Source: an uncultured Phycisphaeraceae bacterium (GTDB taxonomy: Bacteria > Planctomycetota > Phycisphaerae > UBA1845). From it: 64,000 bases of DNA. Every line of letters starts with the position of its first letter. Positions within the stretch are counted from its first letter, which is position 1. This document shows positions 56,601 through 64,000 of this stretch, piece by piece. Both the position numbers and the translations under genes were made by a program. The notes under the pieces are model-generated. The model saw only the letters and a list, made by a program, of their open reading frames with translations, was not told the DNA's origin and did no database searches. Where the stretch lies: NCBI GenBank assembly GCA_964426945.1, contig CAYRSS010000009.1, positions 8,090-72,089 on the forward strand, in the 5' to 3' direction.

Positions 56601-58795
56601 GGAATCCCGGAATCCCGGGGGGATCGCCCTCGTTTGACTGGTCGTACGAGCTCTCCAACCATGCGTCTGTGCCGATCGGCTACTCACTGACCACGTCCGC
56701 GACGTGGCTCGGCTTTGGCGCCGGCCAGGCGACCGGAACGCTCGCCGCCACGGGCGACGCCGGCGCGCAGGATCAGCGATCCGTGCAGGCGATGACGACC
56801 GCAGCGTTCGCGAGCCTGGCCGTCGGCCCCCACGAGGCCACCATCACCATCCGCAATACGACGACGAACACCACGGCAACCCGCAGGGTGCGCGTTACCG
56901 TGCTCGATCCGCTCGATATTGCTGGGCCAGACAGCGCCAATTGGACCGGGCCGATCGGCGGGCCGTTCACTGTTGACGTCGGGGCGACTGTCTCGTTCAC
57001 CATCTCGAACCGTGCCGGGTTTGTCGTGGACTACTCGGTGAGCTCGACGGTGCCGTGGGTGCGGCTCAACGGCGAGACCAGCTACGCGGCCGCCCTGCCG
57101 CCGCTCGAAGGCGACACAGTTTCCGTGTCGCTCGGCGACGAGGCCCTCGGGCTTGCGGCGGGTGTACACGACGGCCAACTGACCTTCACAGATCTTGCCT
57201 CCGGCCTCTCCCAAACGCGAACGTTAAGACTCACGATTGGCGCGGGGCCTACGCTGACACCGGAGCTCGGGCTTGACGTCAACTGCCGGCTCAGCGGTGG
57301 ATGTGCACCTTCAGCAAGGCTCTACACCCTGACCAACCCGGCGGATTCAGCCGCGCCGATCACCTGGTGGGCGGAGGTGGTCGAAGCCGATCCGCTCGAC
57401 GCGAGCTGGATCCGAGTCAACGGAGACCCGATCGACAACGCGGGAGGCAGCGTTTCACCGGGCGGAACCGCGCCGATCGTGATATCCATCGAGGCGCCGA
57501 CCGCCGTCGGCGCCTACTCGGCCACGCTTCGCCTGCACCACGATGGCGTCATCCAGGGCCCGCCCATCCTGCGCACCATCACGCTGAGCGCTGTCGACCC
57601 GCTGGTCACCGACCTCGACGAACGGCTCGTCCCCGCAACCGCTGTCCAGCCGTCCGGCCCGGCGTACGACTTCCGCATCACCCGCCATGACATCACAAAC
57701 GCACAGTTCGTCGCGTTCCTGAACGACGCGATTGCGCACCCGGGCGACCTGCGGGGGCAGTACGTCTACCTGGATGAGCTGACCGGCGATCTGTACATCA
57801 ACACGGACGCTGCCGGAGGGCGCGGCGAAGGACCGGATGGGCGCACGACGAAGCTCTTCGCCCGCAGCGTCGGCGCGAGAATCATGTATTCCGCCGCGAG
57901 CGACACCTACTCCCCCGTCAGCGGATTCGACGATCATCCGGTGGTCGGTGTCAGCTGGTACGGCGCGGTCAAGTTCGCGAACTGGCTGACCCTCGACCAG
58001 GGCTTCCCCCCATCGGCCCGATGCTACGCAGAGTCCGTCGCCACCGACTTGCCCGGGTGGCGCCCCGCCACGATCACCACGACGGCGTACACCACGCGCG
58101 ACCCTTCCACCGCTGAGCGCGCCGCTCTGGTGACCGGCTACGCCGGTTACCGACTGCCGATGGACCAGGGGTCCAACAACGCGAACCCGACCGTCGACGC
58201 TGCGGATGCGTACAACGAGTGGTACAAGGCTGCCGCCTGGAAGGTGTCGGCGAACACGCTCTACGGATTCGGCCGGAACACCATCGGCCCTGCGGATGCG
58301 AACTATGCCGGCGGCGGCCATCCCGTGCCGCAGGGAACGACGCCGGTCGGGTTCTATCGAGCCGGTAGCGTGCTGACCTCGGGTATACCCGCCAACGACA
58401 CGGCGAACGCCTACGGGCTCTATGACATGTCCGGGAATGTGTTCCAGTGGGTCCAGGACCGACAGGGCGCCGCGGGCAACGATCGGGCGCTGCGCGGCGG
58501 TAGCTGGAGCTGGCCCCAGGGCGCAACCGGTACCCAGACGGCCCGGAGGATCGCGGCGGGGCCAGGCTCCACGCTGGCGGACACCGGATTCCGCGTGGTG
58601 CGCACGGCGCCGCCGCCCACCCCCGGCGACGCCAGCGGGGACGGCGTGTTTGACTTGGCCGACCAGTTCGTGCTGACCCACTGCCTGGGCGGCCCCGCGG
58701 TCACCCCGGCGGCGCAGTGCGTCGCCAGCGACCTCGACGCCGACGGCGACGTCGACCTCGCCGATGCGGCCCTTCTGCAGCGACTCGTACCGTGA
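53687..58795 (+). CDS. Giant secreted protein: 3 x SUMF1/FGE-like domain, about 5 beta-sandwich (BACON/Ig-like) modules and a dockerin-like tail
   Basis: Signal peptide IRIGQILFLVVCGGAAFA (GTG 53687 or ATG 53693). Three modules each carry TNAQ(F/Y)..FLND, HPV(V/A)G(V/I)SW.GAVK..NWLT, YGLYD..GN..(E/Q)W.QD, RGG and GFRV. Tail DASGDGVFDLAD...DLDADGDVDLADAALL. Confidence 0.85.
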   Translation: MAMIRIGQILFLVVCGGAAFAEQPAVRPAMSLVRADEVQPGGPAHDYRIGIFEITNAQFADFLNDVYQDAQAAPAHTAAAEFLYFDSDTGAVYLHDDQTPSIGPGAAGHTVPLFSPAVGGGIQFADGAYTVTADAGGVDYTDHPVVGVSWYGAVKFCNWLTLHHGMSPMQRAYTEGPTTGDWRPVSITAAAWALRDLDDAEREALVTQVAGYRLPMDDGANNVGAIDAADLYNEWYKAAAWNSAAGVARLYGFGRATLAQGDANYLASGDPFAASGTTPVGWYDGVHTLSGGGVTRNTANAFGLYDLCGNAAEWVQDHGSQATRRGLRGGHWQNSAASTLLDNLHRDGDLATAVRSYVGFRVAQSANAIEPMVAAAVCDSEVPCPLAFVGYTGGPYTPGGLVFEAIAGTDAPAEPEACATGSWLTLPSGEDCAESFLYPDEVWAVEANLDVAAADALTGVRPGPVDLQIVPPVDAQSDGPVYGFRIARTETTNAQYVEFLNDAIVNFGNARGAYLHVDTTSGVVYLSTTATGKFSSMAEPRLIRLFDPAVAGQVSYEAAAARYAAVPGYSSHPVAGISWLGAVKYCNWLTVRSGLATTDRAYIEGPNLGDWRPAAIAVEDWWGSAATADDDLPTAEARDLNDGERDSLTRTTKGFRLPMDGGAAGASPYNEWFKAAAFAGDVNTAYGFGDDMLAPGAANLGGNGDPFSPGATPAAFFDGSLYNPGGNGPVGDGSEFQTTPDANRYGLYDVTGNVAEWMQDAGDHPGEHAIRGGSFLDDEDSPLLRTDGRATLPTDELRADVGFRVAQAAIDQIGSIRFEDHATGDVVEHEIRLLVKEPIVLTPRTPLELTGYYGGPFAGDGAAYALQSASASSMSWQATRSAAWLDLNGSATVSGVLAPAGSTGITVTANALARTRPPGLHTMTLTFRNQTTGYAEPVAARLTVAEPLAHDCTWLAAACPPDVLELTPSPVWNPGIPGGSPSFDWSYELSNHASVPIGYSLTTSATWLGFGAGQATGTLAATGDAGAQDQRSVQAMTTAAFASLAVGPHEATITIRNTTTNTTATRRVRVTVLDPLDIAGPDSANWTGPIGGPFTVDVGATVSFTISNRAGFVVDYSVSSTVPWVRLNGETSYAAALPPLEGDTVSVSLGDEALGLAAGVHDGQLTFTDLASGLSQTRTLRLTIGAGPTLTPELGLDVNCRLSGGCAPSARLYTLTNPADSAAPITWWAEVVEADPLDASWIRVNGDPIDNAGGSVSPGGTAPIVISIEAPTAVGAYSATLRLHHDGVIQGPPILRTITLSAVDPLVTDLDERLVPATAVQPSGPAYDFRITRHDITNAQFVAFLNDAIAHPGDLRGQYVYLDELTGDLYINTDAAGGRGEGPDGRTTKLFARSVGARIMYSAASDTYSPVSGFDDHPVVGVSWYGAVKFANWLTLDQGFPPSARCYAESVATDLPGWRPATITTTAYTTRDPSTAERAALVTGYAGYRLPMDQGSNNANPTVDAADAYNEWYKAAAWKVSANTLYGFGRNTIGPADANYAGGGHPVPQGTTPVGFYRAGSVLTSGIPANDTANAYGLYDMSGNVFQWVQDRQGAAGNDRALRGGSWSWPQGATGTQTARRIAAGPGSTLADTGFRVVRTAPPPTPGDASGDGVFDLADQFVLTHCLGGPAVTPAAQCVASDLDADGDVDLADAALLQRLVP

Positions 58796-58833
58796 GCAAG
58801 CCCGCACTTGGCCGCCGGAGGGGCGTCGGTAGA

Positions 58834-59415
58834 ATGACCCCTACGGAGCCGCCGATGCCCAATACCAATCCGAACGTCGCGATTTTTCCCGGCATGTTCG
58901 ACCCGGTGACCCACGGTCACCTCGACATCATCGAGCGAGCCTCGAAGCTCTACGAGCGGCTCATCGTCGCCGTCGGCCACAACCCGCTGAAACAGGAAAT
59001 GTTCACCGCCCGGGAGCGTGTGAAGATGCTCCGCAAGCACACGCGCGACTGGGCCAACGTCGATGTGCAGACCTACGACGGATTGACGGTCGAGTTCGCG
59101 AAGAAGGTCGGCGCGCGCGTGATTCTTCGCGGCATCCGCGACACCGTCGACCTGCACAGCGAGCTTGAGATCGCCACGGCGAACCTCATCGTCGGCGACG
59201 TCGAGACCGTCTTCCTCATGACCGGCCCGCAACACGGCCTTACCTCCAGCACGGTGATCAAGCAGATCGTAGAAATCGGCGACTATGACGACCTGCGGGT
59301 CGCCCGCCTCGTGCCGCTCGACGTAGCGGAGGCGCTCAAGCAGCGGCTCAAGAAGCAGAAGGGCCGCGCCCGCAAGCCCGACCGCCATCTCGCAGAGCGC
59401 CGGCGGCCCGCTTGA
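58834..59415 (+). CDS. coaD: Phosphopantetheine adenylyltransferase
   Basis: VAIFPGMFDPVTHGHLDIIERA, ILRGIR and TSSTVIKQI signatures. Start ATG 58834 or 58855. Basic C-terminal extension. Confidence 0.93.
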   Translation: MTPTEPPMPNTNPNVAIFPGMFDPVTHGHLDIIERASKLYERLIVAVGHNPLKQEMFTARERVKMLRKHTRDWANVDVQTYDGLTVEFAKKVGARVILRGIRDTVDLHSELEIATANLIVGDVETVFLMTGPQHGLTSSTVIKQIVEIGDYDDLRVARLVPLDVAEALKQRLKKQKGRARKPDRHLAERRRPA

Positions 59416-59455
59416 GGCCGGCTGCACGCCATTGACAGGGCTTCAGCCGCCCCGG

Positions 59456-60418
59456 ATGCTGAGCCCCATGACCGATCGCCCCGCCTCGTCGCTGTCCCCC
59501 GACCTCTCCGTAGATCTGGCCGGCCTGCGCCTGCAGAACCCGGTGATGACCGCGTCCGGAACAAGCGGCTACGGCCGCGAGTACGCGCCCTACGCCGAGT
59601 TGCGTCGCCTCGGGGCGTTTGTGACCAAGGCGGTCTCCACCCAGGAACGCAAAGGCAACCGCCCGCAGCGCATCGTCGAAACCCCCGGTGGCATGCTCAA
59701 CGCCATCGGGCTGGCGAACGTCGGCCTCGAACGGTTCTGCACCGAAAAGACGGCATTCCTGCGCGAACTCGGCGTTCCCGCCATCGTGAACGTTGTGGGC
59801 TACAGCATCGAGGAGTATCTGACGGTCTGCCGGAGGTTGGACGAGGTGGACTGCGTGGCGGCAGTCGAACTGAACGTCTCTTGCCCTAACGTCGCCAACG
59901 GACTCGAATTCGGCACCGATCCGGATCGGCTGCACGAGCTGGTCGCGGCCGCGCGAACGGTCGTCCGCCGGGCGAAACTGATCGTCAAGCTATCCCCGAA
60001 CGTCACGGACATCGCGGCCACGGCGCGCGCCGCGGTCGACGGCGGCGCGGAGGCGCTCTCGGTCATCAACACCCTCCGCGGCATGGCGATCAACGTAGAC
60101 ACGTGGGAGCCTGTGCTCGCGAACCGCGTCGGCGGCGTCTCGGGTCCGGCGATCAAGCCAATTGCACTCGCCATGGTGAACGAGGTCTACCGGAAGGTCG
60201 CCGGCGAGCGCGGCGTGCCGATCATCGGAATGGGTGGCATCGTGTCATGGCGTGACGCGGTGGAGTTCCTGCTGGCCGGCGCGACGGCCTTGGCCGTTGG
60301 CACCGCACTGTTCGTCGATCCGCGTGCGCCGCAGAACATCTGTGACGGGTTGTCGGCGTACCTGACCCGCCGCGGAATGACCTCGGTACGCGACCTGATT
60401 GGGCGCCTGCGCGCCTAA
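59456..60418 (+). CDS. pyrD: Dihydroorotate dehydrogenase, class 1 (Cys active-site type)
   Basis: LQNPVMTASGTSGYG, MLNAIGLAN, ELNVSCPNV and GMGGI signatures. No pyrK-like gene adjacent in the window. Confidence 0.9.
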   Translation: MLSPMTDRPASSLSPDLSVDLAGLRLQNPVMTASGTSGYGREYAPYAELRRLGAFVTKAVSTQERKGNRPQRIVETPGGMLNAIGLANVGLERFCTEKTAFLRELGVPAIVNVVGYSIEEYLTVCRRLDEVDCVAAVELNVSCPNVANGLEFGTDPDRLHELVAAARTVVRRAKLIVKLSPNVTDIAATARAAVDGGAEALSVINTLRGMAINVDTWEPVLANRVGGVSGPAIKPIALAMVNEVYRKVAGERGVPIIGMGGIVSWRDAVEFLLAGATALAVGTALFVDPRAPQNICDGLSAYLTRRGMTSVRDLIGRLRA

Positions 60419-60425
60419 CGGTGCG

Positions 60426-61487
60426 TCAGGCTCCTCCGGCGGTGCCCCGGCGTTCGCTGCGCCGGGCCAGCAGGAGCCCGAGCTCGAACAACCCCCACAT
60501 CGGCAGTCCCAGAAGCACCTGGCTCAACACATCCGGCGGGGTCAGCACCGCGGAGGCGAAGAAGATCCCAAAGATCACATAGCGTCGGCTCCGCATCATC
60601 GCGTCGGGTGAGACGATGCCGAGGCGAGCGAGGAAGTACACGACGATCGGAAGCTGAAACGCCAGACCGAACGCCAGCGTCAGCGAAAGCACAAAGCTGA
60701 TGTACGCGTCGATGGCGAAGAGGCTCTGCACCGCGGAGCCCGCCGCGCCGAGTTGTAGCGGAATCGAGAGGATCCCCTGCGGAGTCTGGAACTTCAGCCG
60801 CCGGGCGTTCACATCGATCCAGGCGCTGCCCGGTACGGGCGACGGCGGGTCGCCCTGCACCAGCGGCACGGTCGGCGCAGGCGCTGCCCCGGCGGCATCG
60901 GGCGTCTCCATGGGCGTGGCGGGCCCGGTCAAGATCTGTTGCAGAACGGAAGTGTTGTCCTCCGGGATGCCGAAGCTTCGGTTGAACGAGATGAAGAAGT
61001 TGAGCACGATCGGCAACACGACGAAGTACAGAAAAAGCACGCCAACCACGAACAGCCCGACAGACGCCGGTGCCAGCGCACGCACGAACTTCCTCTCGTG
61101 CTCATAGAGCCCGACCGCCACGAAGCTCCACACCTGGTGGATTACCCAGGGCATGCTGAGTATCAGCCCGGAGAGGATCGCAATCTTGAGGTACGCGTTG
61201 AATGCCGCGGTAGGCGCCAACGCCTGCACCTCGACCGGCAGCCCCTGCGCGTGCTGCGCCGCGAGCAGAGGCGCGAAAATCACCATCAGGATCGTCTTGC
61301 CGAAGGCCAACGCAAGTGCCGCCCCCGCCGCGACTCCGAGCAGTGAGCGGATCAGGCACCGGCGCAGCTCGTCGAGGTGATCCCCGAATGACATGCGCAT
61401 CGACTCGACAGCGTCGAGCGCGGCGGGGTCGACAACCGTTTCGGACGTCTTGGCGGACCGGGGGATGGACGTTTGCGTGTCCGTCAT
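60426..61487 (-). CDS. tatC: Twin-arginine translocase subunit TatC (with an inserted loop)
   Basis: MSFGDHLDELRRCLIRSL, FNAYLKIAILSGLILSMPWVIHQVWSFVAVGLYEHERK and SPDAMMRSRRYVIFGIFFASAVLTPPDVLSQ. Confidence 0.88.
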   Translation of the reverse strand: MTDTQTSIPRSAKTSETVVDPAALDAVESMRMSFGDHLDELRRCLIRSLLGVAAGAALALAFGKTILMVIFAPLLAAQHAQGLPVEVQALAPTAAFNAYLKIAILSGLILSMPWVIHQVWSFVAVGLYEHERKFVRALAPASVGLFVVGVLFLYFVVLPIVLNFFISFNRSFGIPEDNTSVLQQILTGPATPMETPDAAGAAPAPTVPLVQGDPPSPVPGSAWIDVNARRLKFQTPQGILSIPLQLGAAGSAVQSLFAIDAYISFVLSLTLAFGLAFQLPIVVYFLARLGIVSPDAMMRSRRYVIFGIFFASAVLTPPDVLSQVLLGLPMWGLFELGLLLARRSERRGTAGGA

Positions 61488-61528
61488 GGGGCGGGATTCT
61501 ACGGGCGACCAGCGCGCAGCCCAAGCCG

Positions 61529-62920
61529 TCAGGGCAGTACAAGCTCCACGCGGTCGCTGGATTGAGTCCCGGTCAGGATCCGCTGCGGCAATTCGCCGCG
61601 CAGGGCTTCAGGCCAGGTTCGCTCCACGTCGACCTGCCCCCGCTGCCGCGACTGCCAGCGACGATCGAGGAGGTTCTGGTAGTGAAGATGCACGAGGCAC
61701 GCGCCGGCCACACCGTCAGCCGCCGGCGCCTGGAGCGAAGCCACGTCCACGCGCGCCAGTTCAACGCTTTCGCCGGGGGCAACCGTCTTCAGCAACGACG
61801 CGTCGAAGTCCTTCAGCGAGACCTGACCGGCGCCTCGGACGGCGATTTCGCCGTATGTCTCGCCGCGGAACACGATCCACCGCGCCTGCGCGAACGGCGC
61901 TGACGAGCCGAAGTTCAGATTGACGGTCGTGGGCAGGTCCGAGGTGTTGGTCAGTCGGGCGACGAGGACATCTTCTGACCGCGTCAGTTCGACGAATGCC
62001 TCCACCCCAGCCCGCGAAACCACGTCCGGCGCGCCGGCGGTGACATGGAGTCGAGCCGACGGGCTTCGCACGAGCCCCACGCGCTGCTGCGTGAGCACCT
62101 CATCGCCCCAGGCCGGCTGATGCTCGAAGATGATCTCGTACTCGCCGCTGTCGAGCAGCGGGTAGCGCGCCCAGCCGCGATTGAATGCCGGCACCGTGAT
62201 CGAAACCCGGCCTCCGGGCGCCAATTCTGCGGAAGGCCCGCCAGTCACGCGGCGTTCAACCGCCGCCTGGACGTCCTCGTCCGCGGCGATGTCATCAACC
62301 CGCGGATCGATCGTAGTGCCCTGCCGCCGGACGGTCAGGAAGTCCACGGCGTCGAGCATCCGGCCCACCTGCTCCGCATGGCTGAGCCGGTTTGCATCGA
62401 CGGTCCCACCGGTGAGGTCGAAGGGCACGCGCGAGGGGTAGCGAGTGGGGTTGTGGAAGGTGATCAGCAGGTCGATCGATTCATCCCAGGCGATGCTCGA
62501 TCTTGACACGGACACGGTCACGTCGAGGCCCAGCATCCACTGGTTGTCGAGCTCATGGAGGATAGAACGCGCACGGCGGGCCGTTTCGAACTCCGCGCCC
62601 TCGGCGGCAGATTTCAGCGCGTCGCCGGCGGCCCTGCCGATCGCCGTCAGGCGCCGGGTCGCACGCGTCCGCCGGTCGTACGAGGCGTCGCCCAGGTCGC
62701 GAATCAGCGAAGCAATCTCCTCGGAGGTCGCCGCGCCAGATAGGGCGGCTTCGCCGCTATGGACCGCGGAGGGAGCGGGCTCCTCGGCTGCGGAGCCTGC
62801 CCCGAATAGCGAAGTGAGCAGCAAGGCCGTCGCAAGACGTTGTCCGGGGCCGGTTTGGTACATCAGCGCAGCACTCCCTTCCAGGCCGACAGAAAGGGCC
62901 TGTGGAGTATAGTTCGGCAT
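61529..62920 (-). CDS. Hypothetical secreted protein
   Basis: Signal-like LATALLLTSLFGAGSAA, a helical-repeat segment LGDASYDRRTRATRRLTAIGRAAGDAL, then a beta-rich domain of about 330 aa. Start may be Met20 (62863). Confidence 0.6.
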   Translation of the reverse strand: MPNYTPQALSVGLEGSAALMYQTGPGQRLATALLLTSLFGAGSAAEEPAPSAVHSGEAALSGAATSEEIASLIRDLGDASYDRRTRATRRLTAIGRAAGDALKSAAEGAEFETARRARSILHELDNQWMLGLDVTVSVSRSSIAWDESIDLLITFHNPTRYPSRVPFDLTGGTVDANRLSHAEQVGRMLDAVDFLTVRRQGTTIDPRVDDIAADEDVQAAVERRVTGGPSAELAPGGRVSITVPAFNRGWARYPLLDSGEYEIIFEHQPAWGDEVLTQQRVGLVRSPSARLHVTAGAPDVVSRAGVEAFVELTRSEDVLVARLTNTSDLPTTVNLNFGSSAPFAQARWIVFRGETYGEIAVRGAGQVSLKDFDASLLKTVAPGESVELARVDVASLQAPAADGVAGACLVHLHYQNLLDRRWQSRQRGQVDVERTWPEALRGELPQRILTGTQSSDRVELVLP

Positions 62921-63019
62921 CAGGGCCGCGTGGAGCGACTTGGCGGGCCGGCGGTCGGGCGAAACGCGGCTGGCAGGGCTGAAATCGGCGTGCCGGAAGC
63001 GCCCCCCGGCAGCCCCCGT

Positions 63020-63520
63020 TCACGGCCGCGCCGGCCCCGCGGCCGACACTGGCTCGAAGTCGATCAACTCAATCAACGCGCCGCCTGCCGCCTGGCCGGG
63101 CTGTCCCGCGCCGCTGCGGAGGTATCGCCGCACGAACCCCTGCTCCCGGTCGAACTCGACGCGCATCAGGACGACGTTGGCCGTCCTGCCCGCAGCAAAG
63201 GTGTCCAGGTCCATCGCGAGGATGTCGTGGAGACCCTCGACGCTGTAGGCGGCCGGGTCGCGGCTGGAGACCTCCACGCCGTTGAGTTCAATCCGATCGA
63301 CGAGCCCGTCGCGGCATCGGACGTGATAATCGCCGCCCTGCATCCGCAGCCGCATGTCGTAATCGGCCACGCCCTGGGCAGCCCAGCGCGTGCGGGCCTG
63401 TGCGAGGTTCTCCGCCGTCAGCGGCACCATCGGCTTGCGGGCGATCCACAACGTGGCGGCCAGACCCATCAGGACGAAAACGGGCGCGAGCGTCAGATTG
63501 ATTCGCGTAGATCGCTTCAT
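63020..63520 (-). CDS. Hypothetical membrane-anchored small protein (DUF6174-like)
   Basis: Start MKRST. TM LTLAPVFVLMGLAATLWI. WAAQGVADYDMRLRMQGGDYHVRCRDGLVDRIELNG. Confidence 0.55.
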   Translation of the reverse strand: MKRSTRINLTLAPVFVLMGLAATLWIARKPMVPLTAENLAQARTRWAAQGVADYDMRLRMQGGDYHVRCRDGLVDRIELNGVEVSSRDPAAYSVEGLHDILAMDLDTFAAGRTANVVLMRVEFDREQGFVRRYLRSGAGQPGQAAGGALIELIDFEPVSAAGPARP

Positions 63521-63658
63521 CAGCTGATCTTGGAGCCGGTAAGGGACATGGCGCAAGAAAACGACCGATGCGTTCCTGCGAACTGCACCGGTCGGTATGA
63601 GTCGGGAATCAACGGAGCACGACTGCGCCGTGCAGCGCCGCGTGGCCCGGAACCGGGT

Positions 63659-63925
63659 CTAGGCTGCGCTGCTCGCATCGGCCGACCACTGGCGCTTGGG
63701 CGGCTTGACCACCAGCCCGAGCCGAATGGCCTTAGCCGACACCTGGATGCGGCACACCTTACCGTCGACGATCGCGCGCACCTTCTGGATGTTCGGCTTG
63801 AACTTCCGGCGGGTGATTCCCGTCGTCTTGACGCCAACGCCGCCGAGGTACTTGGCCTTGCCGCGGCGGGCGATGCTGTTGCCGACCCGCGTCCGCTTAC
63901 CGGTAAAGAAACACACCCGCGACAT
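63659..63925 (-). CDS. rpmB: 50S ribosomal protein L28
   Basis: MSRVCFFTGKRTRVGNSIARRGKAKYLGGVGVKTTGITRRKFKPNIQKV. 88 aa. The tracked ORF extends artefactually to the window edge. Confidence 0.95.
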   Translation of the reverse strand: MSRVCFFTGKRTRVGNSIARRGKAKYLGGVGVKTTGITRRKFKPNIQKVRAIVDGKVCRIQVSAKAIRLGLVVKPPKRQWSADASSAA

Positions 63926-64000
63926 GAACCCGCCCTCTCGTAGTCGATCCACCAATGCCGGACGACGCCACCCGCCGCACCGACGGGCCTCCGGCGTCAA

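Overview
GC-rich (about two-thirds G+C by eye) bacterial chromosomal segment, densely coding on both strands. I support about 55 protein genes, one tRNA-His and two gene remnants. The gene content is most consistent with Planctomycetota, possibly Phycisphaerae-like (inference only). That content includes System II cytochrome c biogenesis (ResB/CcsA), PEP-CTERM-type and dockerin-like tails, SUMF1/FGE-like modules, a pseudopilin-like tail, a GldA/F/G-like ABC system with DUF4340, and an ECF sigma module. Recognisable housekeeping genes are cmk, galE, queA, ggt, pdxJ, folK, coaD, pyrD, tatC and rpmB, plus 3-hydroxyanthranilate dioxygenase and ACMSD. I saw no rRNA, CRISPR array, transposase, integrase or recognisable phage-defence gene, so there is no clear-cut novel system, only candidates. 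The candidates are: (1) a 1,702-aa secreted protein with three SUMF1/FGE-like modules that all lack the catalytic Cys pair; (2) three tandem YcgR-like PilZ c-di-GMP receptor paralogs; (3) a same-strand block of His-rich metal transporter, Thr-type alkaline-phosphatase-superfamily enzyme, secreted TldD/PmbA pair and LarE-like PP-loop sulfur transferase, the last joined by an ATGA overlap; (4) a tRNA-His gene with no encoded G-1, a G1:U72 pair and A73; (5) a decayed zone at 50.6-51.7 kb with two convergent gene remnants carrying in-frame stops and short TTGCAA-type direct repeats. Many long ORFs in the six-frame track are antisense or upstream-extension artefacts of the high GC content and were rejected.
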